Assembly: GCA_965153285.1 (NCBI GenBank)
Contig: OZ229110.1
Length of the DNA stretch: 64,000 nucleotides
Strand: one strand, 5' to 3'
Origin: Podarcis tiliguerta
Taxonomy: Eukaryota
Both the position numbers and the translations under genes were made by a program. This document shows positions 1 through 11,647 of this stretch, piece by piece (position 1 is the stretch's first letter; every line of letters starts with the position of its first letter). The notes beneath the pieces are model-generated. The model made no database searches. It saw nothing but the letters and a program-made list of their open reading frames with translations, and was not told where the DNA came from.

Positions 1-286
1 TATGTTCTAGGGGTCCCCAGCCCCATGGTTCCCTCTTCATGGAAAGATGAACACAGAGGAGTGTAGTGAGATAAACAATTCATCTCCCAGTAACTTCCTC
101 AGTGGGAGACCCAGCAGAAAAACTTTTGTAGCTTAATGCAATGTTTGGTCAGCAGAATGCCTTTAATTATCCACCTGCCAATTCTCTGATTGGGTGCTCC
201 TCATAATAATGGCAACCACCCCGTTGATGCCAAGACTCAGAGAACAAAAACAAAAACCCTTCTGTTCGCAGCCAATCTCAACTCAC

Positions 287-3200
287 CTGCAGACAGTGAC
301 AGCCACACCCAGGATGGTGACTGTGGTGAGGACATGCTCCACAGCAAGCACGTCTTCATCATAAATTGTGAGGGCAATGAGGACAGCGAGGATGGAGCCA
401 GCAAAGAAGGCCACATTCTTAGCCACGACAGTGAACAGAGGTGAAATGAAGCAATTCATGTACTTGGAGGCTGGCTTGTAGCCCTTGCTGAGGCGCGAGT
501 GCAACTCGTGGTCCAGCTCATTGAAGTGCCGCAGGTAGCAGCGGCCGTAGAGGGACCAGCAACGAGCCCCCAAGCTTCCTGGCTCTCGCTTCAGAATCTC
601 TGTGTAGCTGAAGAAGGCGTAGAGGATCTGCCAGATGAGGATGAGTGGACAGAGCAGAAAATTAGCAATGCCAATCCAGAGGATGCGGGTGCCCAGCTTT
701 TCAGCCAGCTCCAGACGGTTGCTGCCTCGCTTGTACTCGGCCTTGAGACTCCACTCATTCTCAAAGAGTGAGCCAGGGCCCCAGAAGAAGATGAGCTCAA
801 AGTTGTACTTGAGGCCACGCGTATAGAAGATTGTATCGCCCAGTAGGGGGAGGTGGAAGCGCATAGGCAATAGCGACTTGTTCACCATGGCCACCATGTA
901 GTTCTTGAAACGCAGGATGCGGTGGTAGATGTCCAGTTCTGTCAGCTCCTTCTTATGGATGCAGATCTGGTGTTCCTTCTGGATTTGGACAATCCGTGCC
1001 TGCACCTCCTGCCATGTGTAGTAGGGCAAATTGGACTGCAGGCAAAGAGAGGGATGTTGAGGTTAGTGGTGTGACAAGGCTAATCCTCATGATGGGGATA
1101 CACTCCCTTCTGAAGGAGCAGGTACACAACTTGGGGATAATTCTGGATCCACTGGTGTCCCTTGAGGCTCAGGTGGCCTCAGTGGCATGGAGTGCTTTCC
1201 ATCAGCTTTGGCTGGTGGCTCAGCTGTGACCCCAACTGGACAGGGATAGCCTAACTTCTCTTGCTCTGGCAACCTCTAGGTTAGATTACTGCAATGCACA
1301 TGGGACTGTCTCTGAGACATTTCGGAAACTTCAGCTGTTGCGGAATTCAGTGGCCAGGTTGCTCAACAAGGCAGGACAGTTTGAGCATGTAACACCAACC
1401 TTGGCCTGACTGCACTGGTTGCCAATTTTGGGCCCAATTTTCTGGGCCCAATTTTGACATATAAAGCCTCAAACATCTCAGGACTGCAATACCTCAAGGA
1501 CCATCTCTTCCCATATGAACTAACCTGGACCCAGCAGTCATCATCTAAAGTGCTTCAGAGGGTAGCAACATGAAGATGAGCCTTTGCTTTGGTGGCTCCC
1601 TATTTGTGGAATGCTCTCCACAGAGTGGTTCACCTGGCGCCATCATTATATATCTTTATGTGCCAGGCAAAAACTTTCCTTCATATCCAGGCCTTTGGCC
1701 TTTAACTATCTGTGGCCTTTTAGAAGTGGGTAGGTTTTTTATGTATTTCTCCCCCCACCCCACAATGGTTTTGATGTATCTGGGGATGAGTTTTTTTGTC
1801 CATTTGGTTGTTTGTTTGTTGCTTTGAGTTGTCTTGGGAAAGATAAAGTGACTAACAGATTTAACAAACAAAAACTTTCCCCACTCCTGAAAAAGGGGAA
1901 GGGAATTGGTTATGCAGAGACTCAACTTCTAACACTCTTGGGCAAGGACCAAATAACAAACACTGGCAAACCAGACAATGACAGCTGAAGAACATACTAG
2001 CCCTGCCACTCAACCGAGCAAGTCAGATTGAGCAACCATGGGATTAGCAGCAGACCAGAAAGATCAGCAGCAGTGTACAACTCTGGAGGAAGGTCAATAA
2101 GGGACAGAGGAAGATTCAGGGGTGGAAGGAGAAGAAGCAACAGGTCTTATCTGCAGGCTTCTCACTGCTTCAAAAAGAACATGAGACACTAAGAACTGAA
2201 CTGTAGGATCAACCCAAATGTTATTCTGGGTCAAACCAAAAGTCATGCTGGGCCAGCATTCTGTCTTCAGTAACAGTCAGTCAAATGCTCCTGGGAAGCT
2301 TGCAAAAAAAAAAGTGGGGGCTGGATATGGAAGTACTGATTTGCTTGTAATCAGGTAATCAGAACTATATTGCTAAGGTGTCAACATTCCCTATCAATAG
2401 CACAGTGTGTAGATTTGTGCATGCATGTCTAACAGTTCCCAGAGCACAGCAGCTTACCATGGGAATCTTGAGAGCATTGATGTAAAAAGAGTGGATTTCC
2501 CAATAGCAGCAAATGTTGTAGATGAATTTAATCAGCCGATGGATCCAGAAGACCCCCGCAATCACCAGGATAGAGATGAGAAAGCCATTGGCCTGGATCC
2601 TATGAGAAAGATGGATTCACAGAAAGGAAGAAGCAGCTACCTCCCTTCTGGTCATTACAGTTCTTTCCAAAGCATGTGCCAACCCCTCCTTCTCAGATTG
2701 CTAGAATTCAGGCACTTCAGGTGGGTGCAAGGCTATGCAGTGCTGAGATGCATTAAACTGTACTAATGGGCATCTGGGCTGGAAAATCTGAGAGAAGATG
2801 GGTACAGCTACAAATGTGAACTCAAAGCTTTCTCTCACAGTTAATCCACAAGACACTGAGGGGTCAAAGATTGTCTAGTATATTAAAAGTCCAGCTGGCT
2901 CGTCAAGGGCCCAACTTTATCACTGAGGTTAACACTGGAGACCCCAGATTTGGCAGATATAGAAGCAAACATCTAAAAGCAGTTTTGACAGCAACACTCA
3001 TCTTGCAAGAACTACATTTCCGAGCCTACAGCTATGATTGAGTGTGACTTAAAATGCAAAGTAGAGGATCTTCCACATCCAGAAAGCCTCTTGGATTTTA
3101 GACCCCACCAAGGTGGACTAGGATGTGGTCAAATTTAGAAAAGGATAGTCCTTGCTAACTTTACCTGGCACTGCACTCATTGGGAGGCAGGAAGGCATCT

Positions 3201-4779
3201 GGCAGGGTCACCTTGACAGGGTCACTGGAATGCTGGCTGTGATTCACCAGCTTGTTAGCAAACAGGATATCGTAGTCAACACAGCTGACAAGGAATGTGG
3301 TGAAGGCCACAACAAAGATGAACTGCCTGTGAGAAGAGAAGATGTGTCACACTAGGAGGCACTCAGCCTTCCCCGCTCCCATCTTCAAATTATCTGGGCC
3401 AGCAGAAGGCACCAGCTGTCTAAATCCTTCATACCAGAGACATCTTGCATAAAGAGAATCAGGAGTAGGATTTGTTTTCCTATCAACCTGAATGACAGGA
3501 AATTGGGGCCAGGGAAGGATCACTAGCTCCAGCAGGAAACCAGAACTCTTCTTTTCACCTCTGACAAGGTGCCCATGGAAATACAATGAATGTCCACTTC
3601 CAATCCTGTTTTACTGGAAGAGACATGGAGTTCATACTCACATTAATTCAAAGATCTCACTGATGAGCATACAGGTGAAGCCATTCTTCTGGTGCAGGTT
3701 ATAGACGTGAGGGGTACAGTCAAAGAGAATTGCTCAGAATATTGGTTGCAGTACCCACCCTTAGTTTCACCAGAGACTAGTCTCCCATGAGCAGGAAGCA
3801 TCTCCTTTTCCAGTTCAACCTGCCATGCTATTAAGTCACGATTAGCCACCATCAGGAGGAAAGAATCAGTAACTTTCTGCCGTAAAGAACTCCATTTGAG
3901 GGGGTGTTTGCAAATCTCCTTGTATTGCTTTTGTTGCTGTCTGGCCTGTAAACCTGTATGGGTTCCAGAGGCTGGTTCTTGATTATGCTATCCTTTGTTC
4001 CTAAACTGATACTGAAAGGTCCTTTGCCTCTTGGAGTGTTTAATGGGCCACAAGGAACCTTGTAAAGGGTTCCCAGCTCTGCTGCCACCGAACCCCACCC
4101 CCAATCCCGACAGCTGGGATACAACCATCCCTGCCCTTCAGGTAAGGATATACGAGAGAAAAAGAGGTCCAGATTCTCAATGTGGTGCCAGGGAGCTGCA
4201 AGACAGACAAAGTGAAAAAAGAATCCTGAAATTTAACACAGCAGAAAGAAACCAGAGGGAGAGGAAGCTGTGACACGGCATCCCATGGCCCCATCCAAGC
4301 CCAATAGTTTAAGAACAAACGTTCAAAGCTGAACCCTAAAGACACTTTCTAGAGAGAAAGCCTTGCTCAATTTAGTGGGAACTTACTAAGAACATAAGAC
4401 CAAAGGCCCATCTAGTCCCACAGTGGCCAGTCACATGCCTCTGGGAAATCCACAAGCAATACAAGAATGCAACTGCCTTCTCCTATTACTGCTGCTTCCC
4501 AGGAACTGGCATGCTTGAAAACATGCTACACAGCAAATGCAGTCTCTCCAGAAACAGAGCCAGAATCCCACAATTCCACTTCCTGTTCAGATTAGTCTTT
4601 CACTAATCCCAGGCACCGTCAGCACTGATTTGTGGGGTGCCTGGCGCCAAGGCTGGCCACTCACAGCTGTACTCACATTTGCTGCCCTCAGCAACATGAA
4701 CCATCAGGTCCTCTTCTCCTGGGGGAGAGTCATTGTAGGAGGCCTCCAGCCGCTGATACTCTGTATCAAAGTGAGCCAT
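287..4779 (-). CDS. ATG9A: Autophagy-related protein 9A (lipid scramblase), 5' coding exons; gene continues beyond the left edge
   Basis: Coding exons (minus): 4779-4677 (MAHFDTEYQRLEASYNDSPPGEEDL...), 4195-4152 (PWHHIENLDLFFSR), 3706-3642 (VYNLHQKNGFTCML), 3326-3165, 2599-2458 (IAGVFWIHRLIKFIYNICCYWEIH), 1035-287 (LPYYTWQEVQARIV...VAVTVCR). Phases join without stops and the peptide closely matches vertebrate ATG9A as I recall it. All introns are GT-AG except 4151-3707, which is AT-AC. Confidence 0.97.
1087..1865 (+). mobile_element. Degenerate L2-clade LINE 3' fragment
   Basis: Broken translation ...LGIILDPLVSLEAQVASVAWSAFHQL..., ...TSRLDYCNA... resembles the L2 ORF2 C-terminus; frameshifts and stops present. 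Confidence 0.8.
3707..4151 (-). other. ATG9A: U12-type (minor spliceosome) AT-AC intron of ATG9A
   Basis: Donor CGT|ATATCCTTAC at 4151, acceptor ccctcac|GTC at 3707, branch-like TCTTTGAC with the A at 3720. Joining gives the expected FFSR|VYNLHQK. Confidence 0.93.
4388..4515 (-). mobile_element. CR1 LINE 3' end fragment
   Basis: aagaacataaga...aaaggcccatctagtcc...cagtggcca is the reverse complement of the CR1 tail also seen at 14050-14150. Confidence 0.65.
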
Positions 4780-5159
4780 GTTGTCACTGAGCTGGGCCTC
4801 ATCCAACGTCACACAGGCTCTGAGGGGGGGGAAAGACAGGGTAAAAAAAAAAAAGTAGCATTTAAGACATAACTAGAAGGCATCAGTTGGGTTGGGAGAC
4901 TCATTTCATTTTAGTTTTACCCTTAAAAGGAACTGGAAGCTTTTGGTGGGGACCAAATAGCAGAGCGCAAGGAAGGAAAAGAGTGGAGAAAGGAAAGCAG
5001 CAGGAGACAAAAGCAGCACAAATTAAGAGGTAGGAAATAATTATTGGTGGTGAGAGCATTGCAGGAAACACTGCCTGATCATGAAACATCCTGTCCAAAC
5101 CTATTCTGGGTTTTGAGACTTTGCTTTACATCATATTTACAAACTGTTGTCTGCAACAA

Positions 5160-5180
5160 GTTGTTGTTGTTGTTGTTGTT
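5160..5180. repeat. (GTT)n microsatellite
   Basis: Seen directly. Confidence 0.85.
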
Positions 5181-6339
5181 ATTTAAATACATTTAATTTC
5201 ATTTTCATGAACAGGCAAGGCAGGGACTTGATACATACCGTTGCAAGTATATCAATCTCTCCCCACACACAAAGGAAAGTACAATGTTTCAACTAAAGGA
5301 AACCTACCTAGCTGGGGTTTACAAGAAATCTCTGCAGCTTCACTTTCATTTTAGCCTACTATTCTAGCTTTCTATACCAGAAGTAAAAAATACATAATAA
5401 TGAAAAAAGAGAAATAAAAAAACTTTATCTAGTCTAGTATTCTGTACCCACAGTACCACAATCACATGCTCTTGTGTATCTGAGAACCTGTGTATGCATG
5501 CATTCACATGCATATTTTCAAAACAGATTCATAGTACAGCACAACATATATGCAAACTCAAAGATGCATTTTAAAGCCAATATTCTAACACATTCAAACT
5601 TCTAGTCTAGAGAAAAGCAAGACTTCCTATGCTACAAGGTGTAAAATTAAGAGGTGGAGCTATGGGACCCTGGGAAGATAGAGAGAATTTGCCAAAGGTG
5701 ATCTACTGAGGCTCAGATGAGATATTCCTGCAGCTCTGTGGATGCAAGTATGCAAAAGACCATAACTAGGGCCAGGAATTCTATGCCCTAGTGACTTCAG
5801 CTCTTTGGGGAACCAAACTTCATGCTACTGGGTGACAGAACCCTTATCAGGCTTCTTGATCTGGCACCCAGCACTGCGTTAAAGGTGTACCTTGAGAGTG
5901 ACATGGAGTTGCATGGCTAGTTGTTGGAGGGGTGACTGAAAGACACTGATGCTCAAATTACCCTAAAATAAAGTCTGGAGATCTCTAGTCTGGTACGTAC
6001 AAGGAAGGGGTCCAGTGATATAATGAGGAGGATTTTAGTGACATCTAAGTGGAGTAAAAGGCAATTATCTGTGGGAGAATCTACCCTTCTGGGAGGTGTG
6101 TGTGTACATGAGGGAGTGTAATCAAGAGAGATTCTCTCTCAGGTTGACTCTCCTTCTGTCTCAAGGGATCAAGAAAAGGATCTAAGTTTTTGAGGTTTGC
6201 ATTCAGTGACCTTTTCATTGCCACTGTCTTTTAGTCTCATCATCATTGCAACTCAGCATTTTCAGTTATTTAATCATTAAGGTTCCTGCCACACAGCAAC
6301 TTGCTAGAGAGGGTCAGAAAAAGTGGGCAAACGGGGCGA

Positions 6340-7470
6340 TTATTCAGGGTTGTTCTGCTGCTGCTGTTCCCCCTACAACTGGTATTCTGTGGCCTGCTGC
6401 CTCTGATCCAGGTGGCAGTATATAGATATTGTGAATAGTAGCATTATCCTCATGAATTTGTCAAATCCTTTTTAAAAGCTCTCTAAGTTTATGGCTTTCA
6501 CTACATCCTATGGTAACAAATTTCAATTTTGCAGGTGTGTGAAGTACTTCCCTTTATCAGTCCTGAATCTCCCACCTCACTGAATGGCCTCAGGTTCCAG
6601 CACTATGACAGAGCAAGAGGAAAGTTCTCTCTATCCACTTGCTTCACATCATGTATATTTTTATTTCCCTCTGACATGCTCCCCCTTTAAAAAAACTAAA
6701 AAAGTTACCCAATGTTTTTGGTTTACCTTTTCCACACTTTCCAGCTCTACAGCATCCTATTTTGGGATGTGACAGACAGAATCATTGGCACGTAATTTTC
6801 CCTTTTCTCATCTGTCACACACACTTTTAATAATATTTTTTATTGTTGATCTTAATGTTTTTAGCTATATGCTCCTCAAAACTTACTTTCTTTTTTGAAT
6901 TTGTTTTGCAAGTATGTGTTCCATTTTGTTCTCCTTAATTGAGCAAGACCTCCCATTTTGTGAAAGGAAGGAAGAAGCCTTATTGCCTCTAACAGCTTCC
7001 TTGCTTCTATTACACTAGCATCTTCCCTGACTTGCAGTATACATTCGAGCTATGCTTCTATTCTTGTGATTCTGAATAACACCAATATGCTTTGGAGAGA
7101 TTTGACCCTCTAGTCTTTCACTTTCAACTTGACTTTCAACCAATCATTTCATTTTTGAGATTTCATTTTTTGAAGTCAAATGTGACTGTGAACATCCTTA
7201 GCCATTCTCTACTCTGCTTACATATATGTTGAATTTGATAACTCTTTGGTTACTGTTTCCAACTAGTTGAACAACACTTAAATATAGCACAAAGTACTGG
7301 CACCACTTACGAGTAAGTTCAGGGTCGCGTCTCAGATAAGTTCCATGACCAAATGTTCTACAGCACAATCATTTAGGATATTTAGAACTTTTAACTGTCT
7401 GTCATGACTAGAACATGGGTGGACTACAGTCATGTGTGACCTCTTCTCTCTTTTTTTTCAACTAGCGATC
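6340..7470 (-). mobile_element. Old fragmented CR1-like LINE; boundaries approximate
   Basis: 6340-6780 is the reverse complement of a CR1 3' region (catgaatttgtcaaatcc...). The remainder is decayed LINE-like sequence. Confidence 0.5.
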
Positions 7471-7932
7471 CAACGTATCCATTCTTGCCTTAGTAGATAA
7501 GACATGTATTGTTGGATAAGACCAGAGTTAGCCTACTCCCACATTCTTGGCAAGAATTCTACCAACCAGCAGGCCAACCAGAAATCAGTGATTCACCCAT
7601 GGACTACTACAAAGTTTCAACCCACACTTGGATTAAAGGATCCTTGGGATACTGTAACAGCATGTCAAATGATTTTTCTTCATTCAGAGCATGTACATAT
7701 ATTCTTGCCACTTTTGCAAATAATAACAACCACACCCATTTTAAATATTTCTCCTTATTTACCCTGTACTTTGACTCATGTAGATGCAGTGCCTACAGCT
7801 ACAGGAAGGGCACACCCATCTTACTTGGTGTAAGCTGCTACAATTCAGACAGACAAAAACAAATGGCAAAACAAATCCCTCTTGAAGCAACACCTACGCA
7901 CATGGCGCACCCCCCCCCTCCGAGAGACTCAC

Positions 7933-8038
7933 CTGCTCCATCTACCCCTAGTGCTGCAGGAACCCCCTGTTTGTGCTGTGCTCTGGGCATCTGACTGGCA
8001 TCTCTAGCCTTGGATCCCCAATGTGCTTTTTCCCCCGC
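7933..8038 (-). other. ATG9A: Probable ATG9A 5'UTR exon (106 nt)
   Basis: Strong acceptor ccttttttcttttcag| at 8038 and donor CAG|gtgagt at 7933, lying between the CpG island and the ATG exon (4819-4677). Confidence 0.7.
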
Positions 8039-8140
8039 CTGAAAAGAAAAAAGGCAGGATGTACACTGGAGATGGAGACTTTCAAGGGGCATGTGGTCGT
8101 TCGGCTGGCAGGATGACTCTTGGAGGCTGCTGGTTCCACT

Positions 8141-8396
8141 CAGGGTTTGCTGAGGCCCTAAGCTACTGAAGGTCATGGGGCCCTTTATACGTCCAGCTGT
8201 CAGCAACAAATTGTTCCTGTTTTTTGTGTTGAATATATGCTATATGGTAATTTATGGACCTAATAGGTCCATACACAACACAAAACACTGTTGCTGTATG
8301 TGGGTTTTAATTTATTTGCTTTTATCTTATATTTTGGTGTTTTTTTCCTTTTAAATTTTTTGGGGGCCCCCAAATTTATACGTAAATCCAGCACTG
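8141..8396. mobile_element. Non-autonomous hAT-like element (MITE)
   Basis: CAG...CTG termini flanked by a perfect 8-bp duplication GTTCCACT (8133-8140 and 8397-8404). Confidence 0.75.
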
Positions 8397-8919
8397 GTTC
8401 CACTCAACACTCTCCAACCGGAAACAGGACCAGCTCCAGGCCCCTTTTGTGGGGTTGATTGGCGTCGGCGGGAGAAAGAGAGCGAGGAAGGGGGTGGTTC
8501 TGCTCCCCCAGTGCCCGCGAATCAAAGGGGAGGGAATCCAGGGAGAGGCGGCCTGCTCCGCCAGGTGAGGAAGGCCCCCCCTTTGGGTTGCACCTTAACC
8601 CTCTCACCCCCTGGGATGGGAAGAGCCGGAGGGGAGCCAGCCCACTCACCGGATCCCTCCCCCCGAGTTGGAAAGGCAGCGCTGCCAGGCACAGCGGAGA
8701 GAGGGACCGGAGAGAGGCTTTTCCTTGGGCGGCCCCAAGCAGCTCCTCCGAGGCTGTTTTGTTTTGGCTGAGCCGGGCCGGGAGGGGCCTTCCTCGGAGG
8801 TTGTTTACTTGGGAAGCGGGAGGGAGGCGGCGCGGCGGGGATTCCAAGGCGAGGCCCACGTCCCCCCCCTCCCCCCCCCGCCCCGCCATCCCTTTCCCGG
8901 CGGCGGCTGCGCGGCTCAC

Positions 8920-9020
8920 CTCCAGGACAGTCGCCCCTAGTGACCGGACCCGGGGCTCAGCCTCCTCCGCCGCCGCGACTTCCCAGGCTCTGTCTGTCAC
9001 TCACTTTCTCTCTCTCTCTC
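8920..9020 (-). other. ATG9A: Probable ATG9A first (non-coding) exon; 5' end approximate
   Basis: Donor GAG|gtgagc at 8920 inside the CpG island, just downstream of the promoter motifs. Confidence 0.6.
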
Positions 9021-9224
9021 TCTCCCCGCCCCACTCGCCTCCTCCCTTGTCCCGACCGGCGGGCGCTTTCCGCTGCCAATGGGAGGCCGGGAAAGGACGA
9101 GGAGGTGGGATCGGGGAGGGCCAATGGGAAAGCTGCGGTGGGGGGAGGAAGAGGAGGGGGCGGGGCGGGGAAAGGATTGTCTCCGACGGGAGGGGGCGGG
9201 GTCCGTGACAAACGGAAGTGACGT

Positions 9225-9293
9225 GCGCCAGAGGGCGAAGGTCCGCAGCGAGAGGAGCGAGGGCGCCTCGTGTGCTTTCCAGCCCGGAGTGTG
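9225..9293 (+). other. ANKZF1: Probable ANKZF1 first (non-coding) exon; 5' end approximate
   Basis: Donor GTG|gtaagc at 9293/9294 in the CpG island. The next acceptor at 11644 leads to ATC-ATG. Confidence 0.65.
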
Positions 9294-10411
9294 GTAAGCG
9301 CCCCCTGTTCCGACAGCATCCCCGGGGCCTCCTGAAACACTCGGGGTCGCGCGGCTTATCTCTATGGCATCTTCCCCGCTGCATTTCTCCGCCAGCCCTG
9401 CTGAACGCGGGAGTTGACACGGGTTTTTTCTAGCAGGAACGGCGCCTGAACAATGGTTCACCCCGTCATATGAACCCCTGGCAGTGAATGGTGGCTCTGC
9501 TTTCAGGACTAATACTGTACTTATCTCAAAGAATTCTTGGAATACTTTAATAGCCTGTGAAAGGATTTTATTTTTTTCCGGGGGGGGGGGGAATACCCTG
9601 ACAAATACCCTGGACGTGCTCACTTGCAGGTCCAGATCCACCAGTTAAAGACCAGTAGATACAGGCGATTGATTTTCTTGACACATGTCGGCCCCCACCG
9701 GCACTGGCCTTTTCCTCCTTTGCTGTAACTTCTTGTCCATGTGTAATCCTTATGACTCAATAGCTAGCCTTAAGTAATTAAAATAATAATAATAGCTAGC
9801 CTGTTTTGTCCTGTGGTTTCTGTGTCTCTATTATGACTTGTGAGAAGCTTTTTCCCTGTCTCTTGCTCTGTTGTTATGTTGCTGCTTGCAGTGTAGACAA
9901 ATGATGTTATCTTCTTATACTTGACCCTGGGACTGTGTATGTAGCCTGCACAACTGGTTTGGTGACCTTTCTGCCCCACCTTCACCTTTGGTGGAGTGAA
10001 TGGCTGACTTATCAGTCAGTCTGAAACAGCTGACGTATCCTTCATTTTCTGACCTTCCTTGACCTGGTCATTATTTTTAATGCACAGTTGCACCTCAGTA
10101 CAGTTGTGAGTGAACTACTGCACAATTCTTTTCAGAATTGCACAGCTTTTCAGACGAACTCTTTCCAACTCTTGACTAACCGTTAAAGACTTTTAATACT
10201 GTAATAATATCTGTTGCAAGCACCACTAGGAAATTGAGACATATCATAGAGGCACCAAGAGATTTTGGATCTTTTGGACACTAGTTGGGACACAAGAAGT
10301 TTGAAGGCAACTGTGTGCTGGTCATCTGATCCCAGAGCTTAGTATCTTATGCTGTTGTAAAATAGAATTGATTATTTCTGCCCCAGCAACTTATTATTTC
10401 AGTGTTGTACC

Positions 10412-10731
10412 AGGACTTGCCGATCGTATGGTCAGTGGTTCGAATCCCCGCGGCGGGGTGAGCTCCCGTCTTTCGGTCCCAGCTCCTGCCCACCTAGCAG
10501 TTCGAAAGCACCCCTAAGTGCAAGTAGATAAATAGCTACCGCTTTATAGCGGGAAGGTAAACGGCGTTTCCGTGTGCTGCGCTGGTGCTGGCTCGCCAGA
10601 GCAGCTTCGTCACGCTGGCCACGGAAGTGTCTGCGGACAGCGCTGGCCCCCGGCCTCTTAAGTGAGATGGGCGCACAACCCTAGAGTCGGACACGACTGG
10701 CCCGTACTGGCAGGGGTACCTTTACCTTTAC
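10412..10731 (+). mobile_element. Sauria SINE (lacertid type), 5'-truncated
   Basis: Pol III B box GGTTCGAATCC at 10437-10447, CpG-rich body, gagtcggacacgact 3' region and (ACCTTT)n tail. TACCAGG is repeated at both ends (10408-10414, 10729-10735). Confidence 0.9.
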
Positions 10732-11095
10732 CAGGGCCAAAAGATATTAAAATATGAAAGGAGTGGGGCCTCAATACAGTAATAGAATAGTCAGCCCTGA
10801 TTTAGAAGGGACTTCAGTGACACTATCCACACAATGTTCTTCCCAGGTAATTGTGTATGCAGGTGCACTTTCATGAACCTGAGGGGAAAAGGTGTCTCCA
10901 GGAATAATTGACTTGACCTAAAACGGGCAAATTTAGGCTTGTGCTTGTTTGTTTTATTTACCGGTATTTCATAAAATGTATTCATTGCTTGATTGCTAAA
11001 ACAAACACACACATACCCTCAAAGCTGTTTACAAAACAACCCGCTTGCTGCCCTACCATGTATTTATATTAAGGAATAGAAGCCTTTAGCCTATA

Positions 11096-11311
11096 CAGTG
11101 GTACCTCGGGTTACATACGCTTTAGGTTACAGACTCCACTAACCCAGAAATATTATCTTGGGTTAAGAACTTTGCTTCAGGACGAGAACAGAAATCGGCG
11201 CGGCGGCAGCAGGAGGCCCCATTAGCTAAAGTGGTGCTTCAGGTTAAGAACAGTTTCAGGTTAAGAACGGAACTCCAGAATGAATTAAGTACTTAATCCG
11301 AGGTATCACTG
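11096..11311. mobile_element. Tc1/mariner (Tigger-like) MITE
   Basis: TIRs CAGTGGTACCTCGGGTTA / TAATCCGAGGTATCACTG with TA on both sides. Confidence 0.9.
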
Positions 11312-11647
11312 TATGTCATATCTGGTATAGGCTCAGAATCATATGTCCCCCTAAGAATTGCTGCCCTGGAAAGGAGAATAAAGGGTGCAACTTCACTGTC
11401 AATAGGAGAAATAGGAGAAAGCTGCACCTATTGTAAAAATTATACTTTCTGTGTGTTACAGACACAGAAATCCAGCCCTGGGGGGTGGGGGCTGTTTTTT
11501 GCATTTGTCCCTTGAGGACAAAGGAGATTTTTCATAACTCCTCATTGAATATAGAGATATAACAGCTGGATGTGTTGTTAACCATAGGAGTAGAGGGTCC
11601 CTTTCTAAAAAAGCTTGCTGATTTTCTCTCTCTTTCTCCCTCAGATC

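Larger units (their letters stand above)
8440..9450. promoter_or_regulatory. CpG island / bidirectional promoter shared by ATG9A and ANKZF1
   Basis: High GC and CpG content. CCAAT boxes at 9076 and 9121, GC boxes near 9157 and 9193, CGGAAGTGACGT (ETS-CRE) at 9213-9224. Outward-facing donors at 8920 (-) and 9293 (+). Confidence 0.88.

Noticed and set aside
4780-4812. In-frame GTG N-terminal extension of ATG9A suggested by the ORF track
   Set aside because: The AUG at 4779 has strong context and matches the known N-terminus; there is no upstream in-frame ATG in the leader.
8404-9641. Several 120-250 aa ORFs on both strands
   Set aside because: They lie in a GC-rich CpG island where stop codons are scarce; translations are low-complexity R/G/P/A with no domain.
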